Source: Eledone cirrhosa (Eukaryota). Taken from it: DNA of 64,000 nucleotides. Location: assembly GCA_964016885.1 (NCBI GenBank), contig OZ024741.1:177444001-177508000 (forward strand). The letters are read 5' to 3'. Positions 63,906 to 64,000 of the stretch are shown here, piece after piece. The notes below the pieces were generated by a model, which was given only the letters and a program-made list of their open reading frames with translations, ran no database searches and was not told the origin of the DNA. Within the stretch, counting starts at the first letter, position 1, and each line of letters opens with the position of its first letter. Position numbers and translations under genes: made by a program.

Positions 63906-64000
63906 TATCTCCCCTGTTTGCTGAGATCAAAGTGAGTGAATTTGTCACTACTTTAAAACAATAGCTTACGGTCTTCAAAATGCTTTTAATTAAGCATAAA

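Larger units (their letters stand above)
63262..64000 (+). repeat. 318-bp non-coding tandem repeat (at least 2.1 units, running off the window) with a 5' inverted segment; retrozyme-like
   Basis: 63331-63648 repeats at ~63650-63967; 63262-63330 is the reverse complement of 63917-63986. Confidence 0.9.

Overview
AT-rich, microsatellite-laden eukaryotic DNA; the repeat and SINE content suggests a marine invertebrate, probably an octopus-like cephalopod (inference). No host protein-coding gene can be supported, and the window is a retroelement mosaic. It holds four R4/Dong-type RT plus restriction-like-endonuclease LINEs (4.6-17.2 kb, all minus strand, all set in (TAA)n). It holds four L1/Tx1-clade LINEs, one with an intact 1145-aa ORF2 and two lying head-to-tail in (GATA)n. 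There are at least four Penelope-like element (PLE) families (RT plus GIY-YIG, direct or inverted pseudo-LTRs, set in (TA)n), an RTE fragment, a mariner relic, tRNA-derived SINEs and a 12-bp minisatellite. Three signals are not explained by the ORF track. (1) About a dozen type I hammerhead ribozyme (HHR) motifs, including a non-coding 318-bp tandem repeat at 63.26-64 kb whose units each carry an HHR with a compensatory U3-A8 core (retrozyme/circRNA-like). (2) A splice-donor consensus overlapping the Tx1 ORF1 stop codon in two diverged copies; removing a 37-nt GT-AG segment in one copy fuses ORF1 to ORF2 in frame. (3) The three retroelement classes occupy three different microsatellites. All motif calls were made by eye and no searches were run.
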